A stretch of 64,000 bases of DNA, from NCBI GenBank assembly GCA_963803805.1, contig CAWDOD010000003.1, positions 448,001 to 512,000 on the forward strand, in the 5' to 3' direction. Origin of the DNA: an uncultured cyanobacterium. GTDB taxonomy: Bacteria > Cyanobacteriota > Cyanobacteriia > Cyanobacteriales > CAWCAG01. Both the position numbers and the translations under genes were made by a program. The notes under the pieces were generated by a model. The model searched no databases, had not been told where the DNA came from, and saw nothing but the letters and a program-made list of their open reading frames with translations. This document shows positions 50,852 through 60,708 of the stretch, piece after piece (positions within the stretch are counted from its first letter, which is position 1; the number at the start of each line of letters is the position of its first letter).

Positions 50852-51739
50852 TTACCTTTTAGCCCTAAACTCCACCACATCATCCTTAACTTCTACATCA
50901 TACTTACTAAAAAACTCTTTCCCTAAAACCCCCACCTCAGCACTAGGGGAAACCGTAGCATTAACATTATTAACCACAGCCCCTCCTGCGTTAATTGACT
51001 TAACTTTAGCGGCTCTTTTATCAGCATCTGGTACAATACCCAGAGATGTAGCTGTGAATTGAGTAATCATTGTACCTCCGCCTCCAGGAGATACGGACAT
51101 TTCCACCGAACTAGAACCATTTAAAGTAACATTAATCACTGGATTTCCATTCAGGCGACGGTTAATTGTGGCAGTATAAACCTCTCGGTTATCTGGAGCT
51201 TTTTCCTTCTCTTCTCCCTCCACAGAAGCGACTTTTTCATCATTTGTAGAAGTTGAATCGTTTGAAGAGATAGAAGTTGTTCTTGGCTTTTGGGCTGGAA
51301 CTTGAGAAGGTAATTTGGCTTTTTGCGTGGCACTGTTAAAAGCATTCTTATATTCAGCCAAATTTGTCTGGGCATCTTGATAACTTTGGTGAGATTTGTC
51401 AACAGTCTCTAACAAAACAATCGCATTTTGCCAACGCTTAGCCACTAATTGCCAATCTTCAGGAGATTGAGCCGAACTAGCTATCACTTTTGCCCCTTCT
51501 GCAATATCTAACGCCCGTTCATAATTCTTTTGAATTTCTTCAGTAGAAGGAGGTACAGGAGACGGAGATGGGGTAGGAGAAAGCCTAGGTTGAGGAGTTG
51601 GAGATATAGGAGCAACAGCCCCTTGGGAACGAGAAGAAGGAAGTAGCGAATCAAGATTGCTACAGGCAACACTCGCTGCTGCTAAAATAGCGGAGCAAAT
51701 CAGAATGGTAGTGCGGGGCTGATCAGGCTTAAAAGTCAT
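50852..51739 (-). CDS. Lipoprotein with a helical domain and a degenerate retropepsin-like domain
   Basis: VAC lipobox; PVINVTLNG...EMSVSPGGGGTMIT...GVLGKEFF. Confidence 0.7.
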   Translation of the reverse strand: MTFKPDQPRTTILICSAILAAASVACSNLDSLLPSSRSQGAVAPISPTPQPRLSPTPSPSPVPPSTEEIQKNYERALDIAEGAKVIASSAQSPEDWQLVAKRWQNAIVLLETVDKSHQSYQDAQTNLAEYKNAFNSATQKAKLPSQVPAQKPRTTSISSNDSTSTNDEKVASVEGEEKEKAPDNREVYTATINRRLNGNPVINVTLNGSSSVEMSVSPGGGGTMITQFTATSLGIVPDADKRAAKVKSINAGGAVVNNVNATVSPSAEVGVLGKEFFSKYDVEVKDDVVEFRAKR

Positions 51740-51885
51740 TTTCAGCTTGTATACATCAAATTATCAATAAATAGTATGCCCAGTTTTTTGCTTATCAAAG
51801 CTTTTTTACTAGACATAGGGTCAATACACCGCTACCATGCCCTTCAGATAAAAATAGTTAGCAACAAGGGTGGAGAACTTCAATT

Positions 51886-53028
51886 ATGCCTATCACCAAT
51901 GCTCAACCAGCCTTATTAGTCCTTGCTGACGGCAGTTCTTATCAAGGTTGGTCTTTTGGCTCTCTTCATACCACTATTGGAGAGGTCGTTTTTAATACAG
52001 GCATGACAGGATATCAGGAAGTTTTAACTGATCCGAGTTATTGTGGTCAAATTGTCATTTTTACCTACCCAGAATTGGGTAATACAGGGGTTAACCCTGA
52101 AGATGAAGAATCCTCTCGTCCCCACGTTAAGGGAGTAATCGCTCGTAATATTTCTCATCGCCCTAGTAATTGGCGAGCGACACAATCTTTGCCAGATTAT
52201 CTATCAGAAAATCATATACCTGGTATCTATGGGCTTGATACTCGCGCATTAACTAGGAAAATTCGCTCACTAGGAGCCATGAATGGAGGAATATCTACTG
52301 AAATTCTCGATCCTGAAAAGTTACTTCGACAAGTAAAAGCAGCTCCTTCTATGGCAGGCTTGAATCTGGTTAAGGAAGTAACTACCAAAGAAGTTTATGA
52401 ATGGTCTGAGGTTACAGAACCTAATTGGCAGTATGGTCATGATACTAGCTTAGAGTCAGAAAAACCTCTAACAGTAGTAGCCCTGGATTTTGGAGTTAAA
52501 CGGAATATCCTGAAGCGTTTAGCTAATTATGGTTGTCGAGTTATTGTTGTACCTGCTGGTACTTCTCCAGAAGACATCCTCAAACACAATCCCGACGGCA
52601 TTTTTCTTTCTAACGGTCCAGGAGATCCTGCTGCTAATACTGAGGGTATTGAAACCACTAAGGCTTTATTAAAAGGTGACAAACCGATGTTTGGTATTTG
52701 TATGGGACATCAAATACTTGGTCTTTCCCTAGGGGGGGATACTTTCAAGCTTAAGTTTGGGCATCGAGGTTTAAATCAACCTGCGGGTTTGAAGCAAAAG
52801 ATAGAAATTACCAGCCAAAATCATGGTTTCGCTGTCGAAGGAGATTCTTTAGATGCCGAAGTTGAAGTTACTCACCTTAATCTTAATGACCAGACAGTAG
52901 CGGGGTTGCGACATAAAAATTTACCCTTCTTTTCTGTCCAGTACCACCCTGAAGCTAGTCCTGGACCCCATGATGCAGATTATTTGTTTGAAGAGTTTGT
53001 CAAGTTGATGCGACAGAAGGAGCAATAA
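51886..53028 (+). CDS. carA: Carbamoyl-phosphate synthase small subunit
   Basis: [34 protein letters not shown]. Confidence 0.97.
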   Translation: MPITNAQPALLVLADGSSYQGWSFGSLHTTIGEVVFNTGMTGYQEVLTDPSYCGQIVIFTYPELGNTGVNPEDEESSRPHVKGVIARNISHRPSNWRATQSLPDYLSENHIPGIYGLDTRALTRKIRSLGAMNGGISTEILDPEKLLRQVKAAPSMAGLNLVKEVTTKEVYEWSEVTEPNWQYGHDTSLESEKPLTVVALDFGVKRNILKRLANYGCRVIVVPAGTSPEDILKHNPDGIFLSNGPGDPAANTEGIETTKALLKGDKPMFGICMGHQILGLSLGGDTFKLKFGHRGLNQPAGLKQKIEITSQNHGFAVEGDSLDAEVEVTHLNLNDQTVAGLRHKNLPFFSVQYHPEASPGPHDADYLFEEFVKLMRQKEQ

Positions 53029-53110
53029 AAAAAACTTTGTTCAAAAATGCTGATTTAGCTATATAATATTACATTGATCTTACGACGCTACAAAATGTTA
53101 GGAGGAAGTT

Positions 53111-53485
53111 ATTCCTGAGCCACTAACCTTGACAGTCAGCTTGAGGGGCACTCGCGAGGTCAAGGAAAAAGAAAACTGCCAAATATTTCGTCTTACTGGA
53201 CTGTTAGATGCCTTTTCTGAACCAACATTTCGCAGAGTAATTGGTAACTGTATTGATGAAGGACCAAGCAATGTCATTTTAGACCTTGCTCAAATCGACT
53301 TCGTAGATAGTTCTGGGTTGGGTGCTTTGGTACAACTAGTAAAAAAAGCTCAAACCGCCGGCGGAACTCTGCAAATTGTCACTAATGCCCGGGTGACTCA
53401 AACAGTGAAACTAGTTCGTTTAGAAAAGTTTCTTTCCATGCAGCCTTCTGTGCAAGTTGCTCTAGACAGTATCAAGGGTTCTTAA
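53111..53485 (+). CDS. STAS-domain anti-sigma-factor antagonist
   Basis: LDLAQIDFVDSSGLGAL; start either ATT 53111 (behind AGGAGG) or TTG 53129. Confidence 0.88.
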   Translation: MPEPLTLTVSLRGTREVKEKENCQIFRLTGLLDAFSEPTFRRVIGNCIDEGPSNVILDLAQIDFVDSSGLGALVQLVKKAQTAGGTLQIVTNARVTQTVKLVRLEKFLSMQPSVQVALDSIKGS

Positions 53486-53606
53486 AAAGTTACAGTTTAC
53501 AGTTTACTGATTTTGCAAGCTCTGAGGTTATACTAGCCCGGTAGCTTGTTTTTTATTTGTTTTCATCTACAATTAACGGGGATAGAGGATTCTTTCAAAT
53601 GTAAGT

Positions 53607-54068
53607 GTGGATTCACCAGAGGGGCCAAATAATTTCAATTTTCCAGTAACTGGCTCAAGCTCACCACGAGGGGAAGTCAGATTCCGGAGTATGTTCGTAG
53701 GCGCTTGTGTCCCCATAGAACGCCTTTCTCCAGCATCTCTAGCTTATTTAGGAGATGCTGTTTACGAGCTTTATATACGCACCCACTACCTTTTTCCTGC
53801 CAAACGTCTCTCTACTTATAACCAAAAAGTTGTTACCCAAGTTAGAGCAGAAACTCAAGCTGAGCAACTGCGATCGCTCATCCCCAATCTTACTGAATTT
53901 GAATTAGAAATTGTTCGTCGAGGCAGAAATGCTACTAGCAAAAGCCCTCGTCGCCTTTCTCAAAAGATTTATCAACAAGCAACGGCTTTAGAAACTCTTA
54001 TTGGTCATCTCTATATTAGTGATCCCCAAAGGTTAAATGAGTTGCTAGCAGAGTTGGTAATTAACTAA
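53607..54068 (+). CDS. mrnC: Mini-ribonuclease III
   Basis: LAYLGDAVYEL, VRAETQA, RRGRNA, YQQATALETLIG; start uncertain. Confidence 0.88.
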   Translation: MDSPEGPNNFNFPVTGSSSPRGEVRFRSMFVGACVPIERLSPASLAYLGDAVYELYIRTHYLFPAKRLSTYNQKVVTQVRAETQAEQLRSLIPNLTEFELEIVRRGRNATSKSPRRLSQKIYQQATALETLIGHLYISDPQRLNELLAELVIN

Positions 54069-54100
54069 TTGACTAGAGTAATGTTAAAAATCGATGACAT

Positions 54101-55084
54101 ATGGCTAACCAAAATAACAACTTCAAGGAAACTAAAAATCCTCAGTCTGCTCGGCCTTTAACTAAAAAAAGAGTTAAAATCAAAGCCATTTCTCAGAAAA
54201 AATTTGAGGGTAACAGTAAGCGCAATCCTTTAAAGATAAAAACATCTGAACCGAAAGAATCTATTTCTAATCCCCTAGAACAAGAGGAAAATGACCTGGT
54301 TTATGGTTGTCATTCTGTCCTAGCGGTGCTAGAAGGAAAGCGGCAAATAAATCGGATTTGGGTAACCTCCAAACTACGCTATAGTAATCGCTTTCATTCC
54401 TTACTCCTAGAAGCTAAAGCTAACGGTTCTATTATTGATGAAGTTGATCCCCTACGCTTAAATCAGATCACTAAAGGAGGTAATCATCAAGGAATAGCTG
54501 CTCAAGTTGCACCTTATTCCTACTGGGATTTAGGTGCGTTGATTGAACAAGCAAAGCTAGTCAAGGAAGATCCTGTACTGGTGATTGCTGATGGGATCAA
54601 CGATCCCCATAACCTGGGAGCTATTATTCGTACAGCAGAAGCATTAGGAACTCAGGGCTTGATTATGCCCCAAAGACGCTGTACAGGGATCACATCTACG
54701 GTGATGAAAGTTGCTGCTGGCGCTTTAGAAAATTTCCCTGTCGCTAGGGTTGTCAATCTTCGTCGAGCTTTAGAAGAATTAAAAGCAGCAGATTTCTGGA
54801 TTTATGGTACTGTATCTCAAAACCATAAACCTCTACATACCGTTGAGTTTAAAGGCCCAGTAGGTTTAGTCGTCGGTTCGGAAGGAGATGGTCTAAATCT
54901 CTTAACAGAGCGCTGTTGCGACTTTTTGGTTTCTATCCCCCTTAGTGGTAAAACACCAAGCTTAAATGCCTCTGTTGCTACAGCCATTACCCTGTATGAA
55001 GTGTATCGGCAACGGCAATCTGAGAAACTGGATCTGAAAAAGTTTTCTCAGGAAACTTTGACAAATCAGAATAACAGAGTATAA
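54101..55084 (+). CDS. rlmB: 23S rRNA Gm2251 methyltransferase
   Basis: [34 protein letters not shown] motifs. Confidence 0.92.
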   Translation: MANQNNNFKETKNPQSARPLTKKRVKIKAISQKKFEGNSKRNPLKIKTSEPKESISNPLEQEENDLVYGCHSVLAVLEGKRQINRIWVTSKLRYSNRFHSLLLEAKANGSIIDEVDPLRLNQITKGGNHQGIAAQVAPYSYWDLGALIEQAKLVKEDPVLVIADGINDPHNLGAIIRTAEALGTQGLIMPQRRCTGITSTVMKVAAGALENFPVARVVNLRRALEELKAADFWIYGTVSQNHKPLHTVEFKGPVGLVVGSEGDGLNLLTERCCDFLVSIPLSGKTPSLNASVATAITLYEVYRQRQSEKLDLKKFSQETLTNQNNRV

Positions 55085-55150
55085 ACAGAGTATAAAAAAG
55101 AAGTGTGAAAATAGCTTTACTTTAGTCCTGCTATACTACAAAAAAAACTG

Positions 55151-55435
55151 ATGAAAGATTTTTTAACTAATCTATTACAGCTCGTTGGTGCGGCGGTTTG
55201 GATAGAAATTACTACCGAAACCCCTAAATGTACTTATTATTTCGGTCCTTTCGCCAGTAAACAAGAAGCTGAAAAGGCTCAATCTGGCTATTTAGAAGAC
55301 CTAAAAGGTGAACAGGCTCAAGGAATTGTGGTTGCAGTTAAGCGTTGTAATCCTAGTAAATTGACAATTTACGACGAATTGGGGGAGTCTAAAGACCTTG
55401 AGCGAATTCCCACTCTCAGCGGTCAGTTTTTTTAG
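55151..55435 (+). CDS. DUF1816-family protein
   Basis: WIEITTETPKCTYYFGPF...GYLEDLKGEQA. Confidence 0.8.
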   Translation: MKDFLTNLLQLVGAAVWIEITTETPKCTYYFGPFASKQEAEKAQSGYLEDLKGEQAQGIVVAVKRCNPSKLTIYDELGESKDLERIPTLSGQFF

Positions 55436-55450
55436 GGGAAGTAATTTTAA

Positions 55451-55493
55451 AAACTGGAATATTGGAGAACTTAAATTTTTGATATTCCAGTTT
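55451..55493. terminator. Bidirectional hairpin between convergent genes
   Basis: AAACTGGAATAT...ATATTCCAGTTT. Confidence 0.6.
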
Positions 55494-55532
55494 ATTTTTT
55501 AATAGAAAAAGTCAGTTTCTAGCGTTGCTGTT

Positions 55533-56624
55533 CTAAACATTGAATCGGAACAACATCACATCTCCTTCTTGAACAACATACTCTTTTCCTTCACTGCGAA
55601 CTAATCCCTTTTCCTTTGCTGCATTGAGAGAGCCGGCCTCAACCAAATTTTGGTAACTAACAGTTTCGGCTCTAATAAAACCACGCTCAAAATCTGTATG
55701 AATAACCCCAGCCGCTTGAGGTGCTTTCATACCCGATTGAATAGTCCAGGCACGAGTTTCTTCTGGCCCTGTGGTCAAATAGGTACGCAAACCCAAAAGT
55801 TGGTAGGTAGCAGCAATCAAAGATTTTAATCCCCCTTCTTCTACTCCCAAGGCTGCTAAAAAGTCGTCCCTTTCTTCTTCAGGTAATTCAATTAATTCTG
55901 ATTCTACTTGAGCAGAAATAATCACGACTTTGGCCTCTTCTTGAACAGCTACTTCCTTAACCTTTTCTACCCAATCATTACCAGTAGCTAAATCATCTTC
56001 AGAAACATTAGCTCCATAAATAACTGGCTTATTAGTTAATAGACCCAAAGGTTTAATGATTATTTCTTCGTCTTCAGTTAAATCTATCTGTCGTACTACT
56101 TGGCCCTTATCCAAAGCTGTAGCCAACTTCTGTAATAACTCTAATTCTACTTGAGCATCTTTATTGGAGCGAGCTTGCTTTCGTACTCTTTCGATACGAT
56201 TCTCAACTTGAGCCAAATCAGCTAAAGCAAGTTCTAAATTAATTACTTCAATATCTCGAACCGGATCAACAGAACCAGAAACATGAATAATATCTTCACT
56301 ATCAAAACACCGCACTACATGAACAATCGCATCAACTTCTCGAATATTACCAAGAAATTGATTCCCTAATCCTTCATTCTTGCTAGCACCTTTAACTAAA
56401 CCGGCAATATCAACAAATTCGATCCTTGTCGGCACAATTTGTTTTGAGGCAGAAATTTTAGCTAAAACTTCTAACCTTTTGTCTGGTACAGCTACGATTC
56501 CAAAGTTGGGTTTAATAGTACAAAAAGGAAAATTAGCGGCTTCGGCTTTAGCATTAGCCACCAAAGCATTAAATAAAGTAGACTTGCCAACATTAGGCAG
56601 ACCAACAATTCCAGCTTTTAGCAT
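55533..56624 (-). CDS. ychF: Redox-regulated ATPase YchF
   Basis: GLPNVGKST, DIAGLV, IHTDFERGFIRAE, RSEGKEY. Confidence 0.95.
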   Translation of the reverse strand: MLKAGIVGLPNVGKSTLFNALVANAKAEAANFPFCTIKPNFGIVAVPDKRLEVLAKISASKQIVPTRIEFVDIAGLVKGASKNEGLGNQFLGNIREVDAIVHVVRCFDSEDIIHVSGSVDPVRDIEVINLELALADLAQVENRIERVRKQARSNKDAQVELELLQKLATALDKGQVVRQIDLTEDEEIIIKPLGLLTNKPVIYGANVSEDDLATGNDWVEKVKEVAVQEEAKVVIISAQVESELIELPEEERDDFLAALGVEEGGLKSLIAATYQLLGLRTYLTTGPEETRAWTIQSGMKAPQAAGVIHTDFERGFIRAETVSYQNLVEAGSLNAAKEKGLVRSEGKEYVVQEGDVMLFRFNV

Positions 56625-56727
56625 AGTAATTTAAAATAATTAATCAGGTTTCGTTTGTGATCGCCAAGCTTAACTCATAGCCCGCCAGTCAAATACTTTA
56701 GCAACATCTTCTTACTTTTTGGCCTTC

Positions 56728-58206
56728 ATGTCTTCTGATTTTCATTCTAGTTCTCAGGAGCAAACGCCTTTACTAGATACTCTCAAAACCTTGGCAAATC
56801 AACCTGATGCCGCATTTTATGCCCCAGGGCATAAGAGAGGTCAAGGAATATCTCAAAAATTAGCTAACCTGTTAGGAGAGGCGGTATTCAAAGCTGATTT
56901 ACCTGAACTACCAGAATTAGACAATCTTTTTGCTCCTGAAACAACCATCAAAGCATCTCAAGATTTAGCAGCACAAGCTTTTGGAGCAGAACAGACTTGG
57001 TTTTTGGTCAACGGTTCTACCTGTGGCATTGAAGCGGCTATTCTCGCTACCTGTGGTGAGGGAGATAAAATCATTTTGCCCCGGAACATTCATCAATCGG
57101 CGATCGCTGGTTTAGTTCTTTCTGGGGCTATGCCCGTTTTCATCAATCCTCCCTATAATCCCCAACAGGACTTAACCTACTGCATCACTCCAGAGGCAGT
57201 TAAACAGGCTTTAAAGCAGCATCCAACTGCTAAAGCCATAATGCTAGTTTACCCAACTTATCACGGCATCTGTGGCGATCTAAGTGCCATTGCTGCCCTT
57301 GCCCATCAACATAGCATCCCTCTCCTTGTAGACGAAGCCCACGGACCCCACTTTTATTTTCACCCAGACTTACCAACTTCTGCCCTCGCTGCTGGTGCAG
57401 ATTTAGTTGTTCAGTCTAGCCACAAAGTTATTGGGGCAATGACCCAGGCTTCTATGCTACACGTCCAAGGTTCAAGAATAGATAGGCAAAGGCTCAGTAA
57501 AAGCCTTCAACTACTGCAATCGACAAGCCCTAGTTATTTACTTTTAGCTTCTCTTGATGCTGCGAGACAGCAAATGGCTACCCAAGGAAAAGAATTACTT
57601 GACAAAACCCTCAATCTCTCTTCTATAGCCACAAAAACCCTTAACCAACTACCGAAATTAGAAATACTCAAAAAACCAACCAAACCAACACCAGGTTTCC
57701 TTGATTTAGATTTGACCCGACTAACAGTAGGAATTTCTCAATTAGGAATCGATGGCTTCGCTGCTGATGAAATTCTTCACTGTCAGTTAGGTGTTACAGC
57801 CGAGTTACCAATGTTACAGCATTTAACTTTTATTATTTCCCTTGGCAACACTGAAACTGACATCGAAAAATTAATGCAAGGGTTTGCCACTTTAAGCGCA
57901 AAATACGGCGATCGCTCCCCAAATCTTTCTTTACCAACTTTCCCTCAATTTTCACTTATTAGCAATAACCAAATTTCTCCTCGCCAAGCCTTCTTTGCCC
58001 CAAGCCAAACCCTTCCTTTAGAGCAAACTATTGACCGCATCAGTACAGAACTTATTTGTCCTTACCCTCCTGGTATTCCTGTCTTAATGCCAGGGGAAAA
58101 AATCTCTGCTTCCTCACTTAATTTCCTGCAAAAAATCCTTGCTGCGGGAGGAAGTATTACAGGTTGTAGCGATACCACCCTGAAAACTATCAGGGTTCTC
58201 CATTAA
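56728..58206 (+). CDS. Orn/Lys/Arg decarboxylase family (PLP fold I)
   Basis: PGHK, NGST, DEAHG, QSSHK, STSPSY, PYPPGIP. Confidence 0.9.
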   Translation: MSSDFHSSSQEQTPLLDTLKTLANQPDAAFYAPGHKRGQGISQKLANLLGEAVFKADLPELPELDNLFAPETTIKASQDLAAQAFGAEQTWFLVNGSTCGIEAAILATCGEGDKIILPRNIHQSAIAGLVLSGAMPVFINPPYNPQQDLTYCITPEAVKQALKQHPTAKAIMLVYPTYHGICGDLSAIAALAHQHSIPLLVDEAHGPHFYFHPDLPTSALAAGADLVVQSSHKVIGAMTQASMLHVQGSRIDRQRLSKSLQLLQSTSPSYLLLASLDAARQQMATQGKELLDKTLNLSSIATKTLNQLPKLEILKKPTKPTPGFLDLDLTRLTVGISQLGIDGFAADEILHCQLGVTAELPMLQHLTFIISLGNTETDIEKLMQGFATLSAKYGDRSPNLSLPTFPQFSLISNNQISPRQAFFAPSQTLPLEQTIDRISTELICPYPPGIPVLMPGEKISASSLNFLQKILAAGGSITGCSDTTLKTIRVLH

Positions 58207-58237
58207 AGTGATTTTAGTATTGTGACATGAAAACTTT

Positions 58238-58828
58238 ATGATTTGGCCTTACACAACCCCTGGTATTCCCGATCATCTCTTCGAGCGTTTGCCTGGTATT
58301 CCCCTCAGTAAACGAGAAGTTAGATTATTAATCATCTCCTACCTACGGATGGAATCCAACTCAGTACTGTGGGACATTGGTGCAGGTACAGGTACAATTC
58401 CTATAGAAATGGGCTTACTTTGCCCTGATAGTAAAATTATTGCTGTAGAAAGAGATGAAGATGTTGCCAAACTGATTCGTCGTAACTGTACTCACTTTGG
58501 GGTTAAGAATGTAGAAGTAATTGAGGGCAGCGCTCCAGAATGTCTGGAATACCTAACTTCTGTTCCCCAGCGCATCTGCATTGAGGGGGGAAGACCTGTC
58601 AAAGAAATTCTTAAGTCTGTTTGGGAATACCTGCCTTCCCAAGGCAGAGTTGTAGCCACAGCCGGCAACCTAGAAAATCTCTATACAATTTCTGAAGGAT
58701 TAGCTGAATTACAAGCTCGTAATGTAGAAGTAGTTCAATCAGCAGTTAATCGTTTAGAAACGCGAGGAATACAACAAGTCTTTGCTGCTGTAAGCCCAAT
58801 GTTCATTTTAAGTGGAGAGAAGTTGTAA
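58238..58828 (+). CDS. cbiT: Precorrin-6B C15-methyltransferase (decarboxylating)
   Basis: GIPDHLF...SKREVR, WDIGAGTG, GSAP. Confidence 0.88.
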   Translation: MIWPYTTPGIPDHLFERLPGIPLSKREVRLLIISYLRMESNSVLWDIGAGTGTIPIEMGLLCPDSKIIAVERDEDVAKLIRRNCTHFGVKNVEVIEGSAPECLEYLTSVPQRICIEGGRPVKEILKSVWEYLPSQGRVVATAGNLENLYTISEGLAELQARNVEVVQSAVNRLETRGIQQVFAAVSPMFILSGEKL

Positions 58829-59066
58829 TTTTTCATAATTCAAAGTCTCACTAAATTAACTCCCATGTAAAGATTTAGCTTGCCATAGCAAAAGCGAATA
58901 AAAAGTTTACATAACAAGCTAAGCATTCAGGTCAATACTTTCTAGCCTTTGTATTGTAGCCAATATACAAACTGTGTCTAAGTATTTTGTTAACCTTTCA
59001 TAAGGTTTTGTTAACCTGTTTGCTTGCGGCTATCCTTCGCTATCTATCAAAAAGCGGGTTTGTATT

Positions 59067-59963
59067 ATGTGGTCTAGAATCTTCAGTGGAATTATTGCCA
59101 TCACTCTGGCTATAGGAATGATAGTTTTTGGAGGATGGTACTTTACTGTCGGTTTAGGTGTCATCGTTTTTTTAGGGCAACTAGAATATTTTCGACTAGT
59201 AAGGGCAAAAGGAATTGCTCCGGCCGGGAAAACAACTTTAGTAGTTTCTCAATTACTACTCATTACAGCTATAGCTGCTCCATCTTTGACTGATGCCATG
59301 TTTCCTATTGCTGGAACCTTCATCTGCTTTTATCTGCTATTCCAGCCTAAGATGGCAAGCATTGCTGATATTTCAACTTCCATACTAGGGCTGTTTTACG
59401 GCGGTTTCTTGCCTAGTTATTGGATTAGATTAAGGGTTAATTTAGCTGAAGTATCTTCCTCTGCTTATGCTCAAAGCAGCCCGAAAATAACCAATTTATC
59501 CCTTAATGCCTATTGGCCTGAATCTTGGACTGACCCCAATACTTTTCCAAAAGCTTTAATCATCACATTACTTGCCTTTTGCTGTATTTGGGCTGCTGAT
59601 ATTGGTGCTTACACCATGGGCAAATTTTTGGGGCGCACCAAACTTTCTCATATTAGTCCCAAAAAAACCGTAGAAGGAGCTTTGTTTGGATTCACCGGCA
59701 GTATCATTTTAGCCGAGGTAGGGGCTTGGTATTTACACTGGCCTTGGTGGCAATTAACTGGGCTTGTATTCGGACTGTTAATTGGAGTAGCTAGCTTACT
59801 CGGAGACTTAACTGAGTCCATGATGAAAAGAGATGCAGGGGTAAAAGATTCTGGACAAATGATCCCTGGCCATGGAGGCATACTTGACCGAACTGACAGC
59901 TATGTTTTTACAGCCCCTCTAGTTTATTATTTTGTAACAGTATTGTTGCCTCTCCTCAAATGA
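59067..59963 (+). CDS. cdsA: Phosphatidate cytidylyltransferase
   Basis: SPKKTVEG, GDLTESMMKR, KDSG, PGHGGILDRTDS. Confidence 0.95.
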   Translation: MWSRIFSGIIAITLAIGMIVFGGWYFTVGLGVIVFLGQLEYFRLVRAKGIAPAGKTTLVVSQLLLITAIAAPSLTDAMFPIAGTFICFYLLFQPKMASIADISTSILGLFYGGFLPSYWIRLRVNLAEVSSSAYAQSSPKITNLSLNAYWPESWTDPNTFPKALIITLLAFCCIWAADIGAYTMGKFLGRTKLSHISPKKTVEGALFGFTGSIILAEVGAWYLHWPWWQLTGLVFGLLIGVASLLGDLTESMMKRDAGVKDSGQMIPGHGGILDRTDSYVFTAPLVYYFVTVLLPLLK

Positions 59964-60078
59964 GATCACATAGTATTAGCCTCAAAAATAAGTTTACTGA
60001 AACTAGCGCTCAGGAGAAATCTCAGACTATACTAAACGAGGAAATTTGTCGCCAAAGTAATCTTGTCGCAAATCAAGA

Positions 60079-60414
60079 GTGAAATACTTTTTTTTAGCTG
60101 ATGGTTGGATAGTTGGTAGAGTTTGGGAATTTGGAGGACTCTGGAACGCCAATTCCTGGCAACGCCAGCCAGAAATAAACTGTTTAAATCTCTGTATTCT
60201 AGAACAGGGAGAAAAGTTGTGGCTTTATCAAGTAGAAGAAGCTGTTTTAATGGTAGAAATTAAACCTAGTGCTACTACGGCTGCTGCTTCAACTCAAACT
60301 ATTGGTCAGGTAGTATTAAGGCGTTTGATCACTGCGGATTTAGCCATGGAGCGCTTGAGTAAAGCAAATACTATACTTAAATCTCAACAACTAGCAATTG
60401 AGCTAGAACCGTAA
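60079..60414 (+). CDS. Conserved cyanobacterial hypothetical protein
   Basis: 111-aa ORF, GRVWEFGGLW...VLMVE...IGQVVL; co-oriented. Confidence 0.7.
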   Translation: MKYFFLADGWIVGRVWEFGGLWNANSWQRQPEINCLNLCILEQGEKLWLYQVEEAVLMVEIKPSATTAAASTQTIGQVVLRRLITADLAMERLSKANTILKSQQLAIELEP

Positions 60415-60708
60415 AGATTAGTAAAGATTTAAGTACTTAATTTATCTGTACTTTCATAATTTGCCTTATCTTCAGCTACAAATTCCCCGTAGTAAACTGT
60501 TTTAGTCTTGCAATCGACTCTAACAATAGTTACACTTCTTTAAATAATCTTCAGTTTCGAGAGAAACTTTTGTCTAAATTGATCTAGCCGTTAAAGAACC
60601 CTCAATATTGTGGTTCTGTAAAGGTTGGGATTATGACAAAATCTAATACCGAATTAAGAAAAGAAGAGTAGAAGTAGACATTTATTCTCAAGAGGAGGAG
60701 CGTAGTCG

